From positions 61,537 to 125,536 of the forward strand of contig NMRA01000473.1 in assembly GCA_002633005.1 (NCBI GenBank): a stretch of 64,000 bases of DNA, read 5' to 3'. This DNA comes from Phoronis australis (taxonomy: Eukaryota > Animalia > Phoronida). The position numbers and the translations under genes are program-made. Positions 13,001 through 23,300 of this stretch are shown one piece after another. Numbering within the stretch: the stretch's first letter is position 1; each line of letters begins with the position of its first letter. The notes below the pieces were generated by a model, which saw only the letters and a program-made list of their open reading frames with translations, was not told where the DNA came from and did no database searches.

Positions 13001-16000
13001 GCAGATTTATATGTGGGATAAAAAAATCAACTGCTGGCCTCAGATTTTTTAAAACTGTAAAAAGTTTTGTAAAAATGTAGATGGAAATGTTCTTCTGCAC
13101 AGGTCATGAAGTTTGGCTTGACTGGTGATAGATAGCAAGCCCTATTTAAATTGATCAATTGACTCTGACTGGAGAAGCAACAGTCGTTAGTTAGCTTGGT
13201 CGCCACTGCGGTCGTCAAGCACGACTAAATGAGTTTGTTTTCTGAGAGATCTATGGACATAACTTTGGATTAACAAGCTTCAGGCGGGTGCTTGTTTGAA
13301 CTATGATGTTCACAACTCACTCTCTACACTTAAAACTATGTTAAGAACTGAATGTACTTACAAACTACAGCAATGTACGTGCTCATCTACATTACATGTA
13401 GGCTCCATGAATTCCCAGAATCAACAACTGAAATCATTTTTAAAAACTCTCCACAGTGGATTTTCTCAATAACCCATGCTCATCAATTTTTAGACAGACA
13501 AAAATGCAACTTTTTGAAAATGCTGAGATCATTATCATATTTACTAGGATATACGTACTTGTATGAATGGAAAACTTGAAAATTATACAAAAATGGATGA
13601 AGAACTATTGAAAACACATATTGTCAGCAAAAGTTGTTTTTCCAGTCTGTGCGAATGGAAATCATTTTGAAAATCATACGCAAATAAGAGTCGTATGGAC
13701 AGAGAACTTTTTGAAAAACACAGGAAAATGGTAGTCATGAGGATGGAGAAATTTTTGAAAATGCAAGTTGCGTTAACGAAGTGAAAACAGAGTTGTGAAA
13801 ACAGAGCCTTATACTAACAATGACATCTGACCATGGGAAAACTGGTCTTGTCTACAAATAATTGGTCAGCAGGAAAAGAATCCATAGTATGAGCCTGTAT
13901 TAAAGTCTACAGTCAACAGTGTGGTCTGATACCGATCTACTAATAATTAGCAGTCAGCTATTTTTGGACGGTTCGGACAAAAATTTTGTCACGTGTACTG
14001 TGTCCCTAGCACCTGCCATTTTTATGCGCCCACATATTTGTATGTGGACGCGTTATGCCGTCATCTCCGTCCGTCCGGGCGTCTGCTGCTCTATCTCCAA
14101 AACCCTTTGACATACGTTCATGAAATTTGGCACATATGTTCCATTCATGAATGGGACGGCATGTGCGAACTTTCGGACAGATCCGACTACTGGTGTGCCC
14201 CCTAGTGGCAATTTTATTTTTTTACGCTTACCTTTGTATCTTCAAAAGTCCTGAAGGGATTTTCATGAAATTTGGTATGTAGGCACCTATTAGTGAGGTG
14301 ACGCTATCCTCCCGATTTCAGATGGATTCGACGTAGTTTGCGCCACCTAGTGGCCATTTTTAGTGTTTTCGAGTCTGTTTTTGTGCGTCCACCCCTCTAT
14401 CAACCAAACCGCTCAAAGGATGATTGTGAAAATTGGCATGTATATGCTTAATATGTAGAGGACGGTTGACGATGATTTTCCGATGATTTCGACTACTGTG
14501 GCNNNNNNNNNNNNNNNNNNNNNNNNNNNNNNNNNNNNNNNNNNNNNNNNNNNNNNNNNNNNNNNNNNNNNNNNNNNNNNNNNNNNNNNNNNNNNNNNNN
14601 NNNNNNNNNNNNNNNNNNNNNNNNNNNNNNNNNNNNNNNNNNNNNNNNNNNNNNNNNNNNNNNNNNNNNNNNNNNNNNNNNNNNNNNNNNNNNNNNNNNN
14701 NNNNNNNNNNNNNNNNNNNNNNNNNNNNNNNNNNNNNNNNNNNNNNNNNNNNNNNNNNNNNNNNNNNNNNNNNNNNNNNNNNNNNNNNNNNNNNNNNNNN
14801 NNNNNNNNNNNNNNNNNNNNNNNNNNNNNNNNNNNNNNNNNNNNNNNNNNNNNNNNNNNNNNNNNNNNNNNNNNNNNNNNNNNNNNNNNNNNNNNNNNNN
14901 NNNNNNNNNNNNNNNNNNNNNNNNNNNNNNNNNNNNNNNNNNNNNNNNNNNNNNNNNNNNNNNNNNNNNNNNNNNNNNNNNNNNNNNNNNNNNNNNNNNN
15001 NNNNNNNNNNNNNNNNNNNNNNNNNNNNNNNNNNNNNNNNNNNNNNNNNNNNNNNNNNNNNNNNNNNNNNNNNNNNNNNNNNNNNNNNNNNNNNNNNNNN
15101 NNNNNNNNNNNNNNNNNNNNNNNNNNNNNNNNNNNNNNNNNNNNNNNNNNNNNNNNNNNNNNNNNNNNNNNNNNNNNNNNNNNNNNNNNNNNNNNNNNNN
15201 NNNNNNNNNNNNNNNNNNNNNNNNNNNNNNNNNNNNNNNNNNNNNNNNNNNNNNNNNNNNNNNNNNNNNNNNNNNNNNNNNNNNNNNNNNNNNNNNNNNN
15301 NNNNNNNNNNNNNNNNNNNNNNNNNNNNNNNNNNATTTTGCCCCTAGCCTATTGAGGAGACAATGACCATACCTTTCCATTTTGCAAAGTACAACATACT
15401 ACATATATGCCCTCTACTGGCCACTTTATGGTACCAATAAACAACCCTAGAAGGATACCGTATGCGGTGCAATTGTGGGCGCATTTCAACGCTCTGCTTG
15501 CTCTTGTTTTTGTTCATCTGCCCTTTCAAGCCCCCCCCCGTGTGTAGCCATACATCTTCTCTCATGCACACCTGGTCATACACACCTGGTCATACACCTT
15601 GTGCACCTGCAGCTTACATTTACTGCTAATTTACGTGGAAGTCAAGGTATTTAAATCCTATCCTCGATTCCACTTATTTAATTTTCCTAGGTTGAGGTAA
15701 CAGTCACCCCTAATGACATCAGAAGATGATTATGTGTTCATTAGATATTCATTTCATTCTGATTATGTAACTGACTGTGTGTTGTGAATGCTGGGCCCAC
15801 TTTTATGAACATCTTAATAGTACAGACTTGCTCTGTATTTTACAGAACATATCAAAAAGCTTTTGGGTAACTTGAACCTATACTCACCAGGTTAAATATT
15901 AAAAGATTATTGAGTTGACTGTACACCCAAAATACAAAACTATACAGACTTGTCCTACAGCTAACAAGCAATGTACCCCACACAACCTGCCAGCTTTTGG

Positions 16001-17208
16001 CACTGTGAGTTACTGTATGTGTGCTGTCTGTCCCTCTACTGGGTCCGTGGTGATGCCACGTTTTCACTGGGAGGCCATGATAGTGTGAGTGAGGGGCGCA
16101 ATGTGCACAGTCCAAGTTTTTGAACATTGAGGCTAGGAAATGTCCAAAGGCAACCATTTAAAATGTGTGTTTTGTCTAGGTTGGCTACTCATCCATGGAC
16201 AGTACTCTGTTGAAGTATAGTGCCAAGGAATACTTCTTCAAGGCAGCGCTGTGCCACCTCTGTGTGGACCTACTGAATGCCCAACAGGCTGTGGACAAAT
16301 ATGTGGAGAGTTATCCAGCTTTCAGTGACACACGCGAATGTAAACTGCTGAAGGTACTACTAGAACAGTTGTATCCAAACACTTCTGTCAGCTGATTGAC
16401 GGAAACATGATAACTTCTGGTACACCGTAATGTTGATCGACAACCTGCCCATGAAATATCACTTTTCGTTCATGTCACCTGGACATCGCCAGTTGTTATT
16501 CTTGATCTGAACAATCAGATGCTGTAGAAAACATTAACCCTGACAACAAGGCAGACAATATCAGTTCATTAAAACTGGCACAAAACGAGCCAATGTAATA
16601 AGAGACAAAAAATCAGAGGAAAGAAGCATGAAGTGGTCATTAAATAAAACAAATATAGACTAATCCGTTGGGCTTTTCAGGTCATGAATCAATGTTGCCT
16701 TTGCGCAACACTGCTCTTCCTCGGTCCATATAACCTATCACTTTCTTGATTGGCAAATGTTTGTTAAGTAATTATTAACGATCAAATCACTTTTGGATTC
16801 ACATCTTTGTAAAGTCATTTTTGTGCCATTCTCTACTGTCACTTCATAGCCCTAAGTTGTGACTGATGGCGCCATCTAGGGTGTCATGTTGCTTTTGGGG
16901 CACAGAGTGATAGGGCTATCCGAGTAGGAACAAATATTTCACTGGAAGTTTCTTTGATTTGTCAGACAGTAGCACCTGTATCATGTACTGGTCGGAATGT
17001 GTGTTCATCATGGCCCTTCTGACTTACTTAATCCTTTTTAGTATTGCTAGCCTTTTATCATTTTCAGAAATTGATGAGTGCTCTTGAGGAGGAGGACACT
17101 GATGCATTCACGGAGGCTGTGAGTGAATATGACAGCATATCACGGCTGGATCAATGGACCACATCTATACTACTCAAAGTCAAGAAGACTATCAGTGATC
17201 TCCGTTAA
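3939..17208 (+). CDS. NAPA: Alpha-soluble NSF attachment protein (alpha-SNAP), spliced CDS join(3939-4030,5180-5259,5739-5855,6437-6483,7510-7587,10861-10916,12797-12881,16180-16353,17068-17208), 289 aa
   Basis: All introns are GT-AG and phases are consistent; 870 nt total. Translation [117 protein letters not shown] matches the alpha-SNAP family. Confidence 0.97.
5180..5259 (+). CDS. NAPA: alpha-SNAP coding exon 2
   Basis: tttttcag|[28 protein letters not shown]|gtaaag. Confidence 0.95.
5739..5855 (+). CDS. NAPA: alpha-SNAP coding exon 3
   Basis: ctgcag|[41 protein letters not shown]|gtaaat. Confidence 0.95.
6437..6483 (+). CDS. NAPA: alpha-SNAP coding exon 4
   Basis: tttcag|[17 protein letters not shown]|gtgagt. 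Confidence 0.95.
7510..7587 (+). CDS. NAPA: alpha-SNAP coding exon 5
   Basis: ttgtag|[26 protein letters not shown]|gtaata. Confidence 0.95.
7770..8010. repeat. 24-bp minisatellite (ACAACTGACAGTCAGTAACAGAAC) x~10
   Basis: Perfect tandem copies. Confidence 0.95.
9589..9739. repeat. 26-bp hairpin minisatellite (GGTCCGTCTCAGCCCTGAGACACCTA) x~6
   Basis: Tandem copies, each with a GTCTCAG-CC-CTGAGAC inverted repeat. Confidence 0.9.
10861..10916 (+). CDS. NAPA: alpha-SNAP coding exon 6
   Basis: cattag|[20 protein letters not shown]|gttagt. Confidence 0.95.
11072..12165 (-). mobile_element. Non-autonomous Kolobok-type DNA transposon in NAPA intron 6
   Basis: TTAA at 11068-11071 and 12166-12169; imperfect TIRs (GAAGGCAACCTTTTTCATGTCATTTTTAG..GATTATCCCAGACA); minus-strand segment ~11660-12040 homologous to the transposase remnant at 45160-45530. 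Confidence 0.75.
12605..12770. repeat. 44-bp hairpin minisatellite x~3.8, just upstream of the NAPA exon 7 acceptor
   Basis: GAGCTGTATTGTGTTACATTCATTGATTGAGCCAATGAATGTTC tandem. Confidence 0.9.
12797..12881 (+). CDS. NAPA: alpha-SNAP coding exon 7
   Basis: ttatag|[29 protein letters not shown]|gtaagt. Confidence 0.95.
14019..15508 (+). mobile_element. Helentron-associated (HINE/DINE-1-like) non-autonomous element spanning an assembly gap
   Basis: 5' TTTTTATGCGCCC subTIR, CCGTCCGTCCG microsatellite, internal subrepeats; 3' GGGCGCAT + short stem + CTTGTT. Confidence 0.7.
14503..15334. other. Assembly gap (N run); a second small gap at 39179-39199
   Basis: N characters. Confidence 1.
16180..16353 (+). 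CDS. NAPA: alpha-SNAP coding exon 8
   Basis: gtctag|[58 protein letters not shown]|gtacta. Confidence 0.95.
17068..17208 (+). CDS. NAPA: alpha-SNAP coding exon 9 (last)
   Basis: tttcag|[46 protein letters not shown]; candidate polyA signals AATAAA 18243 and ATTAAA 18954. Confidence 0.93.
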   Translation, partial: KLMSALEEEDTDAFTEAVSEYDSISRLDQWTTSILLKVKKTISDLR

Positions 17209-18747
17209 AGGGCTTTGTCAACTGTAGAGAACTGTACTGCCCACTGTAAACGTATATGTATTTGTGTTATTCAACAATTCTAAGGATGCAAGCTGATCTT
17301 GATGTTCATAGACATGGCTTTATGTACAGTGAGTCATTGATTAGAATGTTCTGGCAGGATGTTTCAATGTCTCACAAAATGTTTAGTGAGACAAGGTTAC
17401 CACCATTTTAATGTCTGCTAGAATATCATATTATGGTCGATTCCATGTGCAGTTCTGAAATGCATATTGGTCCTTCGAGTGATTGGGCAATACGATTTTG
17501 TGCGACGAACTCGCCAGATAAATGTAATGATGAAACCAACCCTTAAGGTTATGTTGTCAGAGCTGTTAAGACAGCGAGGCGTTATTTGTATGTCCTGATA
17601 TCTCAGGAAATTAGAACTCACAGTTAAGTTGCATTATTCAGTTTCTGTGAGTTTGTCTCATTAGTGTAATTTCAAGCTGATCGTTGAGTGGCTTTGCGGG
17701 CATCAGAAAGCACAAAACTCTGTCATTTGTGATTCCCTACATATGATGCTAACTTAGCCCTGCGACTAAAATTCACAGAAAAAAATTTCAACTTGCTTGA
17801 TTGATGCAAATATTCATGGCTGCTAATGTTTGCAGTTGCTAGAGTTCACACAGCTTCACGAGTGTACTTGGTAATACCAGGTTTGCTCCTAATTATGCAG
17901 ATGCCAGCAATTGACATTCCATATAGTTATTGCCGGCTTGTCACCATTCTCATAGTTTCTGTTGCTTGACGCTTTATTATGAACTGTCTCCAAGACTAGG
18001 CAAATTGATGACATTTACTGTGTTGTTCTTGACTCGAGTGATTTTCCAGACTTCCAGTAATGTTGGTGTGAACATACGTCATGAAGTTAATTATCAAAAA
18101 GATGATTTAAATAAGCACAGATGCTTGGAAGTATGAATCTGGCTTGGTTTATAAGTATTTGCCAAAATGTACTTTTGCTGTTCTTGCAATTACGCAAACA
18201 TCATTGATAACTGAGTTTTACTAGGACAATTGAATACATTAGAATAAATTATGTTGAGGGTACGTTATCGTGTGATATTCCCGCCACTTTGTATGATGTT
18301 GTAAATAGTTATACCACGGTGAAGCAGTTTTGAGAACGTCATGCTTCATGGCATGTGTTTTGTTCGAAGATTCTTTATGATTGTATTTATTTTGTAAAAA
18401 GTTTAAATTTATCTGTGTTTTATATAACTTTAGGATCGACTGAAGTTTTATTTTGCGTTTTTGGTTGATAAAAATAGATGCCGGATGACAGTGCTAGTTG
18501 AGATGTGTGTGGACTGAGCAGAGCTGGGTTACATAAAACTTCAAAACTTATCCACTAGATATGTTGTTGATCGACGCCAGGTAGACTATTCAACAACAGC
18601 AAAATGATACCTGATGATTGACATCAGGTACACTGTTCAACAAAAGCGACAGATAATGCAAAGATACCGTTATCCAGCATAAGACTTTCAAACAACTGGG
18701 CCCAGGTGTCTTTATCCAATGACAGCAGTGTTGTACATGTGCAAAGC

Positions 18748-18920
18748 GTGCTTAATGAGAATAACATTGAGTCACTTAGGTCATGTTGTGTGCTTAATGA
18801 GAATAACATTGAGTCACTTAGGTCATGTTGTGTGCTTAATGAGAATAACATTGAGTCACTTAGGTCATGTTGTGTGCTTAATGAGAATAACATTGAGTCA
18901 CTTAGGTCATGTTGTGTGCT
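18748..18920. repeat. 42-bp minisatellite x4 downstream of the NAPA stop
   Basis: GTGCTTAATGAGAATAACATTGAGTCACTTAGGTCATGTTGT tandem. Confidence 0.95.
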
Positions 18921-19506
18921 AACTAGGTATTAACTGTACTCGCAGATTAACATATTAAAATTTAAACTGCTAACTCGTTGCAGATGAAACACATACCATG
19001 TTTTTGATTAGCTCTATATTCAGTTACCAATTGATTGCCAAAACAGGTTAAACTGATTGTATAGATTAAGTGTATTATGATGTCCGTTGTGCAATATGTG
19101 TGACTTCAGATTATAAACATACCATGGACACTGTCTTGTAACTATTGGTTAGTGTGGTTGCAACCCTACACAGGAAGAGAAGTGACAGAATTGAGATAAA
19201 AACTGGCATTTCTCATTATCAAGAAAAAACTATCTTTTATTAGGCAACATCTGCACATTAGTCTTATTTACATGGTAACATTTCATTATATACAATGTTG
19301 TATAATCATTCTCCATGCTCTGTCAAGCAAAATTTAAGTAATCCATAAAGCACCTCGGTCAATTTTTAACCCTAAAATTCCCAAAATATGTCGTTCAAAT
19401 TCCAGCAGAGCCCATCACCTTGATACACTCCTGTTGTCGAGTCATGGAAGCAGCGGCCAAAGAGTTGCTAATCACTGGGAGCATGGGACTAATGGGTGCA
19501 GGCATT

Positions 19507-19716
19507 GGTAACATTACCTCACTTGTACCTTCAAGTGGTAACATTACCTCGCTTGTACCTTCAAGTGGTAACATTACCTCCCTTGTACCTTCAAGTGGTA
19601 ACGTTACTTCGCTTGTACCTTCAAGTGGTAACGTTACCTCGCTTGTACCTTCAAGTGGTAACATTACCTCGCTTGTACCTTCAAGTGGTAACATTACCTC
19701 ACTTGTACCTTCAAGT
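19507..19716. repeat. 30-bp minisatellite x7 in the predicted GOLGA5 3'UTR
   Basis: GGTAACATTACCTCGCTTGTACCTTCAAGT tandem. Confidence 0.95.
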
Positions 19717-20199
19717 CCAATTCCTCACACGCAATGTGTGGCAGGCATGTTTTAAAAACTAGACTAGCTTACATGTGAAATATCACCAGTAGGTTCCAAA
19801 CAGGACATGAATGCAAAACAAAGGGTTGGTACAAAGGACAAACCAAACAATAACCCGTCTGACTCATCTTTTAAGATAAACCAAAGACAACAATAACTGA
19901 ATTATTCAGTACCTCCCAGAATATGGACCCCGCACAAAGAAATGTGGATTTGTCTATTCCCATGTTTATACAAACACAAGCTTAGTTGACGTGTAAACAA
20001 ATGGAAATTGATCAATATAATATCCAGCCACGAGATCCAACATCTTTGTTATACTGCCTGCTCCATCCCTAACCTGTAAGTGTGGAACACAATCGCAAAA
20101 ATGTTGCATGTTATGTCTGCAACAGTCTGGTTGCAAGCTGTCTGAGGATTGATTCACTGCAAGTGAATTTATGTCCAGTACTGTTAAGTGGTTATTGGC

Positions 20200-20313
20200 T
20201 CACTGTCCTGCGGGGGGTCCTGGTGCTGGGGGGGCTGGTCCATGGGAGTTGGAGCCGTGTATCTCTGGCTGGTAGGTCAACAGTACAACCATGGTCCAGA
20301 AGTGAAGTAACAA
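20200..20313 (-). CDS. GOLGA5: golgin-84 coding exon 13 (last)
   Basis: ttccag|LLLHFWTMVVLLTYQPEIHGSNSHGPAPPAPGPPAGQ*; minus-strand AATAAA at 19236-19241. Confidence 0.93.
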   Translation of the reverse strand: MLLHFWTMVVLLTYQPEIHGSNSHGPAPPAPGPPAGQ

Positions 20314-23300
20314 CTGGAAGACAAAAAATGAAACAAGAAAATTGAGTATTCTGTTACTACGTAAGTCAGTACTTAATTTAGCAAGAAAGTGCATGCTTAA
20401 GGTAACACATGTCACTTAGGTTGTAAGAACATAGCACATATTTTGTATCAGTGATTATCAATTCTAGTGAGAGACGTTAACACACACACACAGTCATCTC
20501 TAGCAAGAACACATTGCTGTGATAATGTGCTTTTAAAGCCAACCCACAATTTTCAACAAAAATGATGGAATTTATGCAGGAAAATCAACTTTTTTAAACT
20601 TTGCAAGTGCTATAATTACAAAGTATTTCATAACAAAATAAGTAAAATATCACCAAATTGCCTGTTTTCTAACATGTTTTGGGAGAATGTTATACATTTT
20701 ATGCATAAGATTACACACAAAGTATTACTTTATGGGTATAACTAATCACGTTCACACAATTGAATAGATTCTAAACAACACCAGCATTATATGGGCACAA
20801 CACAAGCCATTAAAATGCACCGACACTGGTGCACTATAAGTGGCCAACTACTCAGGAAGGATAATGCAACGAGCACAGAGGTTTAGTTGATTGGATAAAC
20901 ATGGTGCTAACTTTCTACAACCACAAAAGGGGACCAGCAGACAAAAAGAATTAAAATTGAAGACAGTTACAGAAAAGTCAACGAAGGTGCACCACACAAT
21001 GTCCAATTCACATGACTCCCCTGTTTCATTCAAAAATTTTGAATTCCTGGTTCTTTTAGAAGCATGTCAAATCCCAAATGAAGGTGAAATTTCACACCCG
21101 TCCAGGCGAATCCTTGCTCGTTATAGGTGCTCAATGCAGAATGTTTACATTGAAACAGGGTGGCATGCAGGTTTACCCAAAGTGAGACAATTTGTATGCA
21201 ATACTAGTCAAACTGAAAACATGAGCCATTTTATGCATCAGTGCCCAGTCCTTGGTGATGTGCACCAAAATTTTATGACGCACATGACAGGTGATGCCAG
21301 AGTAGTTCAATTATTTCAAACCCATGATCTTTGTGAACTAAAAAACCTGGCACTGTATATTTCCAGAGCAACAGTGCTAAGAGCTGACATTTTATCATTG
21401 TAAAGACTGGTGTAAATGTGAACTGTATTATGAGGCCAAGGCCTACATTACAATAAATCATTTCTGATTCTGATTCACACCAGAAAATTTGTCTGACTTG
21501 AAAAAAAACTTGTAAGGTGAAGGCCAATTGATGTTGTCTTGGTAATTATCATAGCTCATCAATAAAATATCCTTACCATGTAGACAATGACAAAGACTCT
21601 AGCAATGGGATATCGCCTCAGAAAGACACCAAGGCGAATGCTGAAAAAAACGTAGAGCACAACTGGTACAGAAAATCAAGAATGTTTTAAAATACCTTAT
21701 TGCAGGTGTCCAGAACCTACGGCACACATTCGGCCTCTCTAAAAACAATTTCATTGAGTTTTTTTGAAATGCACAACAAATAGTACCACTCATCAGCCAG
21801 TCTGAGCTTATTTAGCTGTGTTGGCTGTATCAATGTTGGAGTCCCGGTTCAGGAGACGTGGCAGGGCAAGTATACACATTTGTTTTAAGTAATTGCATGG
21901 ACCTCGCTAGATTACCCCTTGATGGAACATGCTGGTAATAGATGATCAAGATACATGTTGGTTTGGAAAGCACCATCATGAAAAAATTCACAAATGCCAC
22001 ACAACCGTAAAAGAGATAAAAGAGCGTCCCAGACTAATTGTTACAAATTTACTAGACATATAAGAAAATATGAAGTGGAGATTACGAAGCCTGTTTGTTA
22101 AACAAACTTGTGGTACTAAACAGTCAATGAACCATTTTAGACAGAGAAATTTTGTTAAAAAATTTTACTGACCTTAGAATACATTGCAAGTTCATAAATA
22201 ATGTCTTTTGCATTCATGCAGTGGTCGCCAAGGACAACAACTTGACTTTAGAAAAATGTTGTCACATGTAACTTATTTTAATATAAATTGTTAAAACAAT
22301 TTAACTTGGTCACTTAAAACACCTTTTCTGCTTCAAATATTTAAAAATTGCTGCGCAAATAAATTTTGTCAAACATATTCCCAACTGGTACTCTTCTAAT
22401 ACATCAATAATTTTCTGATCAAATTGAACAGAATTATAATTCATGAAGTAGAATTTTTTTCTTATCGGTCATCAACAAAATAGTTGTCAAAGTTGAATAA
22501 CACACAGCTCCATTTATTTTTTTTATAAAAGAGAACTTGATAGTAAAGACCTATTTCATACTAGGCTAAGATTTTAAAAATGTTTCAGACCTGTTTTCGT
22601 AAATTTTAACTGGCATTATATTTAAAGCCTCGTGCAACAAGGCAAAGTCAAGTTGAAGTCGGAAACTTCAAACTGGGATAAATCAAAGTAACAACAGTGA
22701 ATCTTCCCATGAAGTAATCATTGAACTATTCTATTCATGTTCTAATTAAGTTTAATTGCAAATGCTTTACTTGTCACATCAAAGAATCAGAACGGTTTCT
22801 CCCAAAAAATGTTGATCAAAATTCTTTTTGTGTGGGCCACTGTCTCCACACCAATGATAAATATCACCTGACACTCAAAAACATTGATGAATCCTGGCTT
22901 ATTGTAACTAAGAGATGAATAGTGACACAGAATGAAGGTAAAATTTAAAAAAAAACATCACTGGAATAGACACGTTGGCTATTAAAGGTTCCTAGGTGAT
23001 GTAATGCATTAATGTTAGTCAGCACAAATCAATTTACTGCCCAGCTAAACTATTCAAGTTTGCAGCTGCCAAAAGGGGAAGTTTTCCAAGCTTGGAATTT
23101 AATGATGGAAAGAAAATTACTCAAAAAGTGACTAGTTCAATAAGCCCGATTACCTTACTCATCATCAATCTTTTTCAAGCAAACCGAGCATTGGATAGTA
23201 TAAGAGCAAGGAAATTCAAGTTAGGAATTAAATATCAAATAAGGAGACATACTTTTCTTTATAAAGTAAACTAAAAATCTTTTTAATTTTTCTCAGCATA

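Noticed and set aside
14483-15380. 290-295 aa ORFs
   Set aside because: Artefacts of the N gap.
20891-21403. 170-aa nested antisense gene in a GOLGA5 intron
   Set aside because: Its motifs match a degenerate LINE ORF2 C-terminus with a microsatellite tail.
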